DNA of 64,000 nucleotides from an uncultured Acidobacteriaceae bacterium (GCA_963834815.1 CAWIDA010000009.1:414863-478862), one strand, 5' to 3'. Shown: positions 41,440 through 52,227, numbered from the stretch's first letter. Numbers and translations are program-made. Notes: a model not told the origin generated them from the letters alone.

Positions 41440-42069
41440 CTATGGGATGTTGACCAGTCCATTGCGGATGGCATAGACCACCAGTTCGGCGGTCTTGTGA
41501 ATTCCTAGCGCATCCATAATGTTGGCGCGATGCACCGCCACCGTATTCGAACTCAAGCTTAGTTGCGCCGCGATTTCCTTGTTCGAAAGTCCCCCAACGA
41601 TGAGTTGTAGTATTTCCAGTTCGCGCACGGTAAGTCCGGTTTCGCGCTCACCTTTGAGAGTAGCGCGACGCGCAATCTGGGGATCGAGTACCTCTTCACC
41701 GGCGGCCACTCGTCGAATCGCAGTCACGAGTTCGAGATCGACCGCGTTCTTCAGCATGTAGCCCCGGGCCCCGGAATCCAGTGCCTGCCGTACCCAGGTG
41801 TCCTCCGAGTGCATGCTCAGCATCAATACAGCAGCCTTGGGATTATGTTCGAGGATGCGTCGCGTCGCCACCAGCCCGCTAATGCCGGGTAGGGCGCAAT
41901 CCATCACGATCACCTCAGGTTGCAACTGGCGAGCCAGACGCACCGCTTCCTCGCCATCGCTGGCCTCTCCTTTGACGACGATGTCTTCCTCATCTTCCAG
42001 CATGCGCCGAAAGCCTCGGCGCACCAGTGCGTGATCGTCAACCAGCAAGACAGAAATTTTTTCTGACAT
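41440..42069 (-). CDS. NarL/FixJ-type response regulator (REC plus LuxR HTH)
   Basis: ISVLLVDDHALVRRG.. is the receiver domain. LTVRELEILQLIVGGLSNKEIAAQLSLSSNTVAVHRANIM is the LuxR-type HTH. Confidence 0.92.
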   Translation of the reverse strand: MSEKISVLLVDDHALVRRGFRRMLEDEEDIVVKGEASDGEEAVRLARQLQPEVIVMDCALPGISGLVATRRILEHNPKAAVLMLSMHSEDTWVRQALDSGARGYMLKNAVDLELVTAIRRVAAGEEVLDPQIARRATLKGERETGLTVRELEILQLIVGGLSNKEIAAQLSLSSNTVAVHRANIMDALGIHKTAELVVYAIRNGLVNIP

Positions 42070-42075
42070 GTGCTC

Positions 42076-43449
42076 CTATGCGCCAACCTCGGCGACTTCT
42101 TTCGGAACGGAAAGGCGGACGAGAGTCCCGCCGGCATGCGGATGCAAGAATTCCAATTTTCCCTTCAACAGCTCCGCTCGTTCCCGCATGGCTACCAGCC
42201 CAATGCCCCGCTGTCCGTTGGACTTCAGTCCGCTGCCGTGGTCTTCCACATCCAGTTCCAGCGAGCGTTCCAGGAAACGAAGCCTGACCCAAATTTCTTT
42301 TGTGCCCGAATGCCTGGTGGCGTTGTTTAGAGCCTCCTGCAGCACCCGGTACACGTGAATACCCGCACGGCTTTCAACTGGAAACGATTCGCCCGTCTTA
42401 CCGTAGTGTATGACGATTCCGTTCTGCCGTTCTACTACGGGAAGATACCAATCCACGGTGCTCTCCAGGCCGGCTTCTTCGAGCGTTACGGGATGCAGCG
42501 CTTGGGAAAGGCTGCGGACCTTGTCGAGAGTCGACTGTGCAATTTCGGAAACTTCCACCAGGTCGGCTCGCAGGGGAGATCCTTCCGGGGCTTGCCGCCC
42601 GGCTCTCTGCAGCATGGAACCTATCGCGGTGAGGATCTGTCCGAACTCATCGTGCAATTCCCTCGAAATGTGCAGCAGGGTTGATTCCTGCGTGGCAATC
42701 AACTTCTGCGCCAGTTCGCTGCGCTGCTCCGACAGGTCAGACAAGCGCTGGAAAAGCAGACGGTTGGACCGAATGAGATACAGGCTGGTAAATACGATGG
42801 GAACGAGCGCGGCCAGCAGGAACAACAACACCTGTTTCTGCACGCGGAAGTAGATCTCCTGGATCCTTTCTCCGGCCTGCTGTTCGGCTTCGTTGTTAGC
42901 GACAAGTTGCCGCGCCACCGCGATGCTGAGCGCCGCCTGATGCGCCTGCAGCGATACCCTTATCTGGCGGCGGGCCTCATCTTCGTTGCCCGCTGATGCC
43001 AGCGCAAACATGTGATCGGCGGCGCCCCAGAACTGCTTAAGCGATTCTTCCATGTAGTGCCGCTGCTCAGCGGTGCGGTAGGCCATGGATAACTCCGCTT
43101 CCCTCTGCATGGCATCGCTCAGGTCCTGTCGAATTCGCTGGAACTGAGCCGCCCACGCGCTCAGTGGATACGGCTCAGTGGCATCGAGCATGTCGCGCAT
43201 GGCGATGCCCAGAGAGTTAAGGTCGTTCTGGATTCGTAAAAGTTGCAGGGAGTCTTTACGGTTGCGATCAATGAGGTTGCTTTGCAGCTCTCGCAGGCCC
43301 TTGATCTGATAGGTAATGTAGCCGGTGTACGCCACCACGGCGGCGAGCGTCACCACCAGCCCAAGCAACAATCCAACTGTTGGTGAACGTTCAGATTGGG
43401 CAGGATTTGCCACGCTCCGAGGATACAATGCGACGCGCGCTGCCGCCAA
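42076..43449 (-). CDS. Sensor histidine kinase (HisKA_3 / NarX-like)
   Basis: H-box ISRELHDEFGQILTAI and an HATPase_c domain (NNATRHSG.., DHGSGL, GIGLVAMRERA). The track start at 43611 overlaps the GH5 gene by 150 nt. The real start is probably TTG/GTG at 43449, 43428 or 43413 and is unresolved. Confidence 0.85.
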   Translation of the reverse strand: MAAARVALYPRSVANPAQSERSPTVGLLLGLVVTLAAVVAYTGYITYQIKGLRELQSNLIDRNRKDSLQLLRIQNDLNSLGIAMRDMLDATEPYPLSAWAAQFQRIRQDLSDAMQREAELSMAYRTAEQRHYMEESLKQFWGAADHMFALASAGNEDEARRQIRVSLQAHQAALSIAVARQLVANNEAEQQAGERIQEIYFRVQKQVLLFLLAALVPIVFTSLYLIRSNRLLFQRLSDLSEQRSELAQKLIATQESTLLHISRELHDEFGQILTAIGSMLQRAGRQAPEGSPLRADLVEVSEIAQSTLDKVRSLSQALHPVTLEEAGLESTVDWYLPVVERQNGIVIHYGKTGESFPVESRAGIHVYRVLQEALNNATRHSGTKEIWVRLRFLERSLELDVEDHGSGLKSNGQRGIGLVAMRERAELLKGKLEFLHPHAGGTLVRLSVPKEVAEVGA

Positions 43450-43460
43450 CGAATCGGCTA

Positions 43461-44567
43461 TTACGGAAGCAGTCCTAACGCCCGCAGGACGCCCTCGTCT
43501 TCGACTGTCGCGCCGTTCTTTTTCGTCACTACTCCAAACCCACCCTGGTAGTCCCACATCGTCCAGCCGATCTTGTTCTCTTCCAGCGCCGTGCGCACAG
43601 CCTGCAGCCATCGCAGGCGGTCATCAGGATTGGAATAGTTGCGATACACTCCGAACTCATTGCAGGTCAGCGGCACGTGCCTGCCGTTGGCCCATTCGGC
43701 CGCATAATGGATTTCGCCGGCAATGTGCTGCGCATCCCAGTTTTCCAATCCATATTGCGTCAACTTCCAGCGCGCGAAATCATCCGTTTGCTTCGCGATG
43801 GCAGACGCGACCAGATCTGAAGTTCCGGGAAACGGCACCTGCCGGAGTAAGGTCCAATAAGCTTCACCCCACGACGCACCCTGGTGAGTGAAAATGTGAG
43901 GATTGTAGTAGTGGAAGTTGACGATGATGTTGTCATCCGCGACCTGCGGCATGCGCGCCAGATCGTCGGGATTGGAATACTCCCCACAGGTAACAATGAT
44001 GGTATGCGCGGGAGCGGCCCGCCGAATCGCGCTCACCACGCTTTGCTGAATGCCGGCCCAACGATACCTGTCAACCTCTGGCTCGTTCAATATCTCGAAG
44101 AATACCTTCTCTGGATCACTCTTCGCGTAGTAGCTGGCAATCTGGCTCCAGAGCGCGGTGAACCTGTCGGCTGCACTATCGTTGCTGGCCAACTGCTGTT
44201 TGTATTCTCCGCTGGGATGAAGGTCGATGATGACGGCCAGCTCCTGCGACAGAGCTTTGGCGATAACTTCATCCAACACCTGCACCCGCTCGCACTGGCT
44301 CCAAGGACCATCGCACCTGAAGATCGCCGGATCAATGCTCAGCCGCACGTGATCGAATCCCATGCTGTGCATCTTCGTGATGTCGTCGAGCGTGGTGAAC
44401 GTCCGCAGACGTTGCGGACTGTAGTCGCCTGACTGGGCCAACCATTCGCTGGCATTAATTCCGTGCCTCAAATGTTCAACCCTCTTCCAGGCCGGAGACG
44501 GCGATTGGGCCGCCAAGTTGAGGCATGCAAATAGTAGCGTCGCTCCAAGCAGTAGTCTTCGCATCAT
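43461..44567 (-). CDS. Glycoside hydrolase family 5 (cellulase-like), secreted
   Basis: Signal peptide, FFEILNEPE (acid/base NEP) and TCNEFGV (the nucleophile Glu context). Confidence 0.85.
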   Translation of the reverse strand: MMRRLLLGATLLFACLNLAAQSPSPAWKRVEHLRHGINASEWLAQSGDYSPQRLRTFTTLDDITKMHSMGFDHVRLSIDPAIFRCDGPWSQCERVQVLDEVIAKALSQELAVIIDLHPSGEYKQQLASNDSAADRFTALWSQIASYYAKSDPEKVFFEILNEPEVDRYRWAGIQQSVVSAIRRAAPAHTIIVTCGEYSNPDDLARMPQVADDNIIVNFHYYNPHIFTHQGASWGEAYWTLLRQVPFPGTSDLVASAIAKQTDDFARWKLTQYGLENWDAQHIAGEIHYAAEWANGRHVPLTCNEFGVYRNYSNPDDRLRWLQAVRTALEENKIGWTMWDYQGGFGVVTKKNGATVEDEGVLRALGLLP

Positions 44568-44719
44568 CGTGGATCGATATCCTCAATATGTAGGCATTTG
44601 ACTGAGATCACAACCAGCCATGTTATCAAGCCGCCAGCGCATTGACGGTGACGACCGTTCCTTCGAGGTCATCGATTACACTCTCTGTACACCTTGATCG
44701 AAGCTTCTTGAGAGACTGC

Positions 44720-45763
44720 ATGATCGATGTCGGACTGGTTGGCTTCGGATTTGCCGGACGGACGTTTCACGCACCCGTAATTACCGCGGTCGAAGGCCTT
44801 CGCCTCGCTGCGATACTTCAACGTCACGGCTCAGACGCCGAGCAAGCGTATCCGGGCACCCGCGTGGTGCGCGGCCTTGACCAGTTGCTCTCGGTGGAGA
44901 GCATCCAGCTAGTCGTGATCGCAACTCCCAACCCATCTCATTACCACCTGGCAAAGCAATGCCTGCTGGCTGGCCGCGATGTGGTCATCGACAAGCCCTT
45001 CGCCACTACCTATGCGGAGGCGGCGGAGTTGGTCGACTTGGCAAAGGCAGAGGACCGCCTGCTGTCCGTCTATCAGAATCGCCGATGGGACGGGGATTTC
45101 CTCACCGTCAAACGTTTGCTTAGTGAGGGCCGACTGGGGCGAGTGGCCCTGTTTGAGTCACACTTCGACAGGTTTCGTTCGCAGCCAAAGGCCAACGCTT
45201 GGCGGGAGCGCGCGGAACCTGGCAGTGGTGTCCTCTTCGACCTCGGGCCGCACCTCATCGATCAGGCCCTGCTGCTGTTCGGCGTGCCAGAGGCCATAAG
45301 TGCGGACCTGCGAATCGAGCGTGAAGCCGCTTCGGTTGACGACGCCTTCGATGTGGTTCTCCACTATCCGGGGATGCGAGCTCTGCTGCGGGCCGGGATG
45401 CTGGTCAGCACGCCGACGCCTCGATACGTCATTCACGGAGCGCAAGGCGGGTACCTGAAATATGGACTCGATCCCCAGGAAGACGCCTTGAAACGCGGGG
45501 AGACGCCCGCGGGAAAATTGTGGGGCCATGAACTCCCCGAACACTGGGGCACTCTGCACCTCGTCCGGGGCGACACTATCCTCACCGAAAAGCTCCCCAC
45601 GGAACCGGGCGACTATCGTCTGTACTACCAGAATGTGAGGGATGCGATTCTGGGCGATGCTCCCTTAGCAGTCAAGCCCGAGCAGGCATTACATGTCATG
45701 CGAGTGCTGGAACTGGCCTGGGAAAGCAACCGCCGGCGCTGCGCTGTTCCCTGGCAGTCTTGA
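44720..45763 (+). CDS. Gfo/Idh/MocA family oxidoreductase
   Basis: MIDVGLVGFGFAGRTFHAP is the Rossmann N-terminus. I prefer ATG 44720 over the track start 44642. Confidence 0.88.
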   Translation: MIDVGLVGFGFAGRTFHAPVITAVEGLRLAAILQRHGSDAEQAYPGTRVVRGLDQLLSVESIQLVVIATPNPSHYHLAKQCLLAGRDVVIDKPFATTYAEAAELVDLAKAEDRLLSVYQNRRWDGDFLTVKRLLSEGRLGRVALFESHFDRFRSQPKANAWRERAEPGSGVLFDLGPHLIDQALLLFGVPEAISADLRIEREAASVDDAFDVVLHYPGMRALLRAGMLVSTPTPRYVIHGAQGGYLKYGLDPQEDALKRGETPAGKLWGHELPEHWGTLHLVRGDTILTEKLPTEPGDYRLYYQNVRDAILGDAPLAVKPEQALHVMRVLELAWESNRRRCAVPWQS

Positions 45764-45769
45764 TCCGGC

Positions 45770-47944
45770 TCACTGCTTCGGCTGAGGCGTGGCCTTGTCC
45801 CGCTGACGCGCCTTAATCTCCCGGTACACCTGTAGTTCCTTGTCGGCGTCGGAGGTCCGGCCGGCTTTGCGATAAGCGGCTTGCAACTGATAGTGAATGT
45901 AGTCGTGATCGGCATCGAGACGCGCCGCGGCCTCCAGATGGGCGATGGCTTGATCGTTTTGCCCGGCATCCAAAAGGGCTTTGCCCAACTGGTACTGAGC
46001 CTGAGCATGTTCAGGATTCGCAGCGACGATCTTCTGCAGCAACGCCACCGCGTCTTCTTTCCGTGAAGTCTGCAGCATCGCGTAGGCGAGGTGATATTGC
46101 ACGTTGGGATCGTCGGGGGTGAGCTTCAACTCGTCCTCAAACTCAGGGATCGCCTCGTTGGGGCGGTCGAGATGAATCAGCGCCTCCCCGGCATAGTAGT
46201 GCGCACGCTGAGCTGTGGGATCCTCCTGAATCACCTTGCGGAACACTTTCAGGGCGTCCTCATAGTCACCGGTCTGGCTGTATAGGTCTCCCACTCCCAG
46301 CATCATGTCCGCCGGCAACGCCTGGGTTGACAGCTTGTTGAGGACCGTTAAGGCCTTGTTGGGGTCGTTGGTGCGAAGCAATGTGAATGCCCAGGCATAG
46401 GCCATGCGCGGGTCCCGATAAACCGAGTCTCCCAGGCCAGCAAAGGCGTCCGCCGCCGCTGCGTACTGCTGGGTCGAAAACAGCGACATGGCCAACATGG
46501 TCTGCGCCAGCTGGTCCTGCGGGTTTCTCTGCACTGCTACCTGCAGGGCGCGCGCAGCTTCTTTGTTGTCACCCACTCGCAAAGCAGCCAGCCCGATATT
46601 GCGCATGAGTTCGGGGGTTGTATCGTCCCACTTCTCAGCCTCATGAAAATGGACGAGTGCCTGCTTATAGTCCTTTTGCCTGGCCTCCGCCGTACCCCAA
46701 TCGTTGAAGTTCGTACCCAGAATCGAACGCAGGTCCTTCGCCCGCTTTTCTATGGCCTGAATTTGCTGAGGAGAGAGATTGCGCTTCTCCAGCGTCGAAA
46801 CGTCAAGCGCAGCCGTAGGATCTACCGAACTCGAATTCCCTTGCGGGAGTTCGGTAGCGGGCAAGGAAATGCCGGATATAACGGCCGGCGACGCACCTGT
46901 GCCACTTTCCGCCATTTCTGAAGCGATAGCCGACGAACTTACCGCCATCGACTTGGCGCTCAGGTCTTTGGCTTTCTGAAGGTAAACGGCCGCTTCCTGC
47001 TTCTTGCCCTCATTGGCCAGGATGCGTCCCAGTGCAATGTAAGCTCTCCGAACTTGATAATTGGCGCGGGCGTCGTCGGTGCCGGTCAACTCGACAGTCT
47101 TCATGAGGTTGGTTTTCGCGTTGACATAATCCTGCGATTTGAAGAGGTTGAGACCTAGATACAGCCACGGGTCGGGATTCTGTGGATCCGCTTCAGTAGC
47201 GGCCTTCAGGTGCGAATTGGCCTCTACAAGCTGGTCTTGCTGCGTCAACAACACGCCGAGGTAATAGTTGCCGAAATAGCCCCGGGGATATGCCTTCAGC
47301 TCCAGTTCGAACTCCCGCATGATCTCCGGGTTTGGCGCCCAATAGTTCTTCTCCAGCAGGGTCGCGCCGAGGAACGCATGGATGTGCGGCAACGTGGGAT
47401 CCAGCTCGATGGCACGCTTGAATTCGCGGATCGAGTCGTCCAGATATTTTGTCTCGCGGTAGGCCCCGCCAAAGACCTCGTGCCAGATTGCACGGTCCCC
47501 ATAATCGCGGAGCATTTGCGCGAATACCGCTGCCGCCTTGACCGTTTCTTTGAGCTTCAATAGCGAGAACGCCAGCGCGTATTGCGCGTTGACTTCCCGA
47601 TTGAGTTCCAGAGAGCGGGTCAGCGCCTCGACCGCGCCCTGGTAGTCGTTCTTCGCCATCAGCGCCTTGCCCTTGAGGCTCCACGCGCGGGCGTTCCGCG
47701 GATAGGTGATGACTACCTTCTCGGTTTCCTCGAGGGCGTTGTCGGGCTGGTTCTCAGAAATGTAGGCTACCGCCAAATCAACGCGCACATTGGCCACGTC
47801 TTCCAGATCGAGTGACTGGCGGTACAGTTGGATCGCCTGAGCCCAGTCGCCGGCTAGGGCACGCAAACCCGCCATCTCGCGCAATGCTAGCGCGGTAACC
47901 TTCTGGCTGGTCTGCTCGATGGCGGCCGGATCGCCGCTCCGCAC
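45770..47944 (-). CDS. Tetratricopeptide repeat protein (about 724 aa)
   Basis: Numerous TPR units run throughout. The start is GTG 47944. A possible signal peptide lies upstream in another frame (see findings). Confidence 0.8.
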   Translation of the reverse strand: MRSGDPAAIEQTSQKVTALALREMAGLRALAGDWAQAIQLYRQSLDLEDVANVRVDLAVAYISENQPDNALEETEKVVITYPRNARAWSLKGKALMAKNDYQGAVEALTRSLELNREVNAQYALAFSLLKLKETVKAAAVFAQMLRDYGDRAIWHEVFGGAYRETKYLDDSIREFKRAIELDPTLPHIHAFLGATLLEKNYWAPNPEIMREFELELKAYPRGYFGNYYLGVLLTQQDQLVEANSHLKAATEADPQNPDPWLYLGLNLFKSQDYVNAKTNLMKTVELTGTDDARANYQVRRAYIALGRILANEGKKQEAAVYLQKAKDLSAKSMAVSSSAIASEMAESGTGASPAVISGISLPATELPQGNSSSVDPTAALDVSTLEKRNLSPQQIQAIEKRAKDLRSILGTNFNDWGTAEARQKDYKQALVHFHEAEKWDDTTPELMRNIGLAALRVGDNKEAARALQVAVQRNPQDQLAQTMLAMSLFSTQQYAAAADAFAGLGDSVYRDPRMAYAWAFTLLRTNDPNKALTVLNKLSTQALPADMMLGVGDLYSQTGDYEDALKVFRKVIQEDPTAQRAHYYAGEALIHLDRPNEAIPEFEDELKLTPDDPNVQYHLAYAMLQTSRKEDAVALLQKIVAANPEHAQAQYQLGKALLDAGQNDQAIAHLEAAARLDADHDYIHYQLQAAYRKAGRTSDADKELQVYREIKARQRDKATPQPKQ

Positions 47945-48226
47945 CGCAGCGCGCTGCGCCTCAATCCGGCGCGCCAGGTCATCGTCCTTAGAGGCGGTGG
48001 CCAGCTGGCGCAGATGGATTCTTGGCTGTGGGCCGAGCTTTGCTTGTTACCTGCTCGCCGAAACCTTTGCAAGGATACAGAGTGGGTAACAGTAGAAGTA
48101 AAACGGGAAGCAGAGCGCGGCATCGACTAGACCTGGCGAATGCGCTCACGGCTTCATTTCGGACCAACGAGGAAGACTTACAAAACACAAAGAGAGAGTC
48201 CCGAACCTTTACTGCGTGCCGAATGC

Positions 48227-48269
48227 AAAAATCAAACGGCAGTACCTGATTGTAACAGGCACTGCCGTT
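48227..48269 (-). terminator. Candidate intrinsic terminator downstream of the TonB-dependent receptor gene
   Basis: Stem AACGGCAGTACCTG (48235-48248) / CAGGCACTGCCGTT (48256-48269) with one mismatch and a 7-nt loop. On the minus strand it is followed by TGATTTTT. Confidence 0.5.
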
Positions 48270-48297
48270 CGAGCTTCGGTCCCGCGTTCGAATCCGG

Positions 48298-51200
48298 CTA
48301 GAAGATGACCTTCAAGCCGTACTGCATTTCGCGGGAGTTTTTCGCCTGGGTCGCTTGGCCAACAGTGTTGCCCAAGGTCTCGCGGCTGATGATGCTGTTG
48401 GTGGGGCTGCACACCGCATACATCCCAGCGGCATTCGCTGGACCGCAATTCACGTTGTTTGCAATGCTGCCGCCCTGGGTGCCGTTGATGCTGGCGCCAC
48501 CGTTGAAGTTTGCATGGTTAAAGAGATTGAACATGTCAAAGCGGAACTGGATGCGCACACGCTCACCCCATACCCGCCAGTTCTTGTCGATAGAGAAGTC
48601 GGTGTTTACGTACCCCGGTCCAGCACAAGATCCTATTCCCCATTATGTTACTGGGAATGGTTCCGAGCTGATACCCGACCAGCGTAGCTGCATTCGGGCT
48701 TATCACCTGGGACCCGCCCGTACCAGCCTGGCAACCTCCACCGGTGAGGGGCCGCTGCACGTTGGTGTAGCCGCTGCCAAAGAGCGAAGCGAGGCCGCCG
48801 TTGGCATTACCGATGGTTCTCGTGGTGTCTTCGCTGATGCCGTTCTGGCTGTACGTGGTGGAGGTACCCGAAGCGTACTGCGTAATCGCGCCCAGTTCCC
48901 ATCCGCCGGCGACCGACTGAACGACCTCGTTCTGGTTCTTCAGGTCAGGCAGGTAATACACCAGGTTGGCCACGAAGATCTGTGGACGATTGATTTGCGT
49001 GTTGCCGCGGTTCAACGAAGGATTCGGACCCCACATATAGCTATGCCAACCGAGACCCGCCCGAGGAGTCGTCCAGTTGCACATCGCCAATCGAGTGCGA
49101 ATAGGTGTACGCAGCCTGCATCTGGAACTTCTGGATCTGCGTCTTGAACAGCACCTGCAGCGAGTGATAGCTGGCAGAGCCATTGTGCGCCCAATATGGA
49201 TTCAGATTGCCCCAGCTCCCTGCGCCGAACTGGCGCAGCGAGTTAATCGCTGAGCCGCCCTGGAACGAGCCAGCCAGCCAATTCTGCGGCAGAACGTAGT
49301 TCGCGTCGTAGTCGTCCAGGATATGCACAGCGTGGTTGCCAACATACGCCACTTCCAACGTGGTGTTCTTGGCAAAACCATGCTCCACCGCCATGTTCCA
49401 CTGCATCGAGTACGGCACAACCGCGGCAGGATCGACGCCGCCGATTGGCGAAGCGCCGCCCGTCGGCAGACCAGCCGGCGGCGGCCCTTCGAGGGTACGG
49501 GTGTAATTTGCGTTCAGCACGAACGGCACTTGGTTCGTCATTGCGTAGCCAACTGCCGAGGTACGGTCGCGCTGGTAGAACATGCCGAATCCAGCGCGGA
49601 TCGCGTTATTGCCACTGCCGGTTGGATCCCATGACACTCCAACACGCGGCGCGAAGATGTTGTACTTGCTGTCAACCAGGGAATTGTTCGGCCCCGGAAT
49701 TCCGGGGAGAAACTCGTTCCGTACACGCTGTTCGCTTGCGTGCAGTAGTCAGTTCCCGGAGGAACCACGACGCCATTACACCCGTTGCTGCCCAGCGCCG
49801 GGTTATACAGCGAGGGAACAAAGTTCCCCGCTTTGTTGTCGGGGTTGAACGGTGGATTCAGTATGGAGTATCGCACCCCAAGGTCGAGCGTCACGTTGCG
49901 ACGCACCTTCCAGTTGTCGGCAACGTAGAACTCGTAATCACGCCACCGGATCTGGTTGTCGAGGTTCACCGAGGGCTCCGAGAAGCCCCACTGTGCGCCC
50001 GGCAGCAGCACGTTTGCCAATTGATTGCCGGTTGGCATATTGGTATCCCAGTCCTGCGTGCCAAACGTCGGGTACTGCGTGCTGTTGGCCCCGTTCATCT
50101 CGTGCTTGCCGTCCCAGCTCAGGAATCCGCCAAAGCGAATTGTGTGCGCACCCATGACTTTCGAGAAGTCGTCGCGAACGGTGTAGATGTCGAGTGCGTT
50201 AGTCCAGGGGGCGATCATCCACAGGTTCTGGCCGTTACCATAAGCGCCAAAACCACCCCAGATGGTTGGAATACCGACAGGAAAAGTCTTGAACGCCAGC
50301 GGCCACTGCGGAGGAATTCCAGCTGTGGTCGCCGCCAGCAGCGCTGGGTCAGTTCCACCCGGAGTGATGTTAATGCGGTTATCCGAGTAGGCGAACTCGA
50401 GGTCGTTAACCATCGTGGTACCGATAGTAGAGGTCAAGCGGCCCATGATCTGCTTGGATGGCTGTGACCAGTTGCTTTCCAGCGCCGGCCACGGATCGTC
50501 GCCCCAAAGGTTGCTGTACAGATTCGGGGCATCGTTAGTCCAACTATCCTGCGTCCACCGGAACATCAAAGTTTGCGAGTGGCTGACGTTGTAGTCCGCT
50601 CGGATATTGAATTCCTTCCAGTTAATTGGCGATGTCGGCGACACCACCCAGTTGTTGCCATTGGCCAGTGGCGTGGCAAGGTCGGGCAACGGGAATTCCT
50701 GTGCCAGCAACTGGCCACTCGGATTCAACGAGGTCAGAACGTAGGGATTCGCAGCCGTCGCCAGGCCGTAATTCACCAGGTTGGCGGGTTGCGATGCGCC
50801 GCAACTTGGATTGCGGAAATCTCCAGCTCGCTCGGCCGCGCTGGGAACGCAGAAATCGCGGGTGTTCCCCCGCTTCTCCTTGTTCCATTCCATCGCGTAG
50901 AAGATGAAAAGCTTGTCTTTCTTAATCGGACCGCCGATAGAGAAGCCGTAATCGTTGCGCTGCTCGACCTGCTTCGTAAGAAACGGGTTGGTCGGATCCT
51001 GCGCTTTAGCTCCGGCGGCGAAATAGTCCCAGGCATTCAGCGCCGTGTTACGCCCGAAGTACAGGACATCGCCGTGCCACTGATTGGAACCGCTCTTGGT
51101 CACGATGTTAATGACCGCGCCCGACGCTATGCCATATTCCGCGCCATACGAGTTGCGCAACATCTTGAATTCGCTGATTGCCTCGATGGAGGGATAGAGC

Positions 51201-51847
51201 AAAATGGTGCGGTTGGAACCAGTGTCGTTATTGTTGGCGCCGTCGATCAAGAAGAGGTTACTGGTGCTTGCGTTGCCATTCACCGCAAAATCGACGCCCG
51301 ACAGTAGGCCCTTGTTCTTGCTGTCGTAGTTGTTGGCGGCCGAGACGCCCGGCTGCAACTGCGTTAACTGCACGAAGCTGCGTCCATTCAGCGGCAGTTC
51401 ACGCACCTGCTCGCCGGTGACGACTTCGCCCAGTGACGCGCTGTCCGTTTGAACCTGAACTTCGGTCGCGGCTACGGTTACTTGCTCCGAGGCGCTGCCG
51501 ACCTGAAGTTGGACATTCAAGACCTGGGTGCTGGATGTGTGCAGATCAATATCGGTGGAAACCGACTCCTTGAAATTAGGAGCCTTGACGGTCACCTTGT
51601 AAGTACCGACTGTAAGCTCAGGTGCTACATACTCGCCCTGAGTGTTAGTGGTTACGGTGCGTTCTACTCCGGTTTCGGTATTGGTAACGACTACCGGAAC
51701 GTTAGCCAGAACGGCGCCGGACGGGTCGGTAACGACGCCCCGCAACGTGCCCGACGTTTTCTGCGCCACCATCGGTGCAGTCAACAACGCCACGATGCAG
51801 AGGGTCAGTAAAAGCCAACTGCCCAAACGATTCATTAGTTCCCCCAC
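48298..51847 (-). pseudogene. TonB-dependent receptor with an N-terminal carboxypeptidase-regulatory-like domain, interrupted by three +/-1 frameshifts in its last ~1.4 kb
   Basis: The N-terminal 769-aa ORF has a signal peptide, GTLRGVVTDPSGAVLANVPVVVTN, and plug and barrel regions. The barrel continues in three further ORFs (49041-49637, 48563-49183, 48298-48558) and ends in the typical ...YGLKVIF. The junctions were reconstructed by hand (see findings). Confidence 0.7.
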
Positions 51848-52227
51848 CAGAAACGGTTATCTTTACAGCTTGCGCCTGCACGGTCCTCGTATCGAGTCCC
51901 GCGACACACGCTAATACAACGCGTGATCGGTTAAGTTCGTCCAACCAAGTTCCTTGTTCTTCGAGCAGTACCGATTCTCTACATTTAAAGAACCGATTCT
52001 GTGTACAACCCCGCGACTAGTTAATTTATGTTATTGACCCATATGCGTGTCAACTAAAAAAAACAATTTTTACAAGTGCGGACCGTCCCAGACCGGCATT
52101 ATCCGCGATTTTTCCCAATATGGGACGAATCCGGACCGACTTTCCCAAATTATTCGTTTTCCCTTAAGAAAACCGGTTGCGTAGCACCCGAACTCATGAT
52201 TAGACTTCAGCTTTGTGTGACGCGCGC

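Noticed and set aside
48286-48295. GTTCGAATCC, a T-loop-like sequence suggesting a tRNA gene downstream of the TonB receptor.
   Set aside because: The flanking 5-mers (CCGCG / CCGGC) cannot form a T-stem. No acceptor or anticodon arms can be drawn on either strand.
49692-49707. A perfect 16-nt palindrome CCCCGGAATTCCGGGG containing an EcoRI site exactly at the first receptor frameshift. I considered whether it marks a cloning linker, an adapter or an insertion scar.
   Set aside because: The flanking sequence on both sides is continuous receptor coding sequence and differs from the expected frame by only one base. There is no inserted segment. A simple indel in the C/G runs is the economical explanation.
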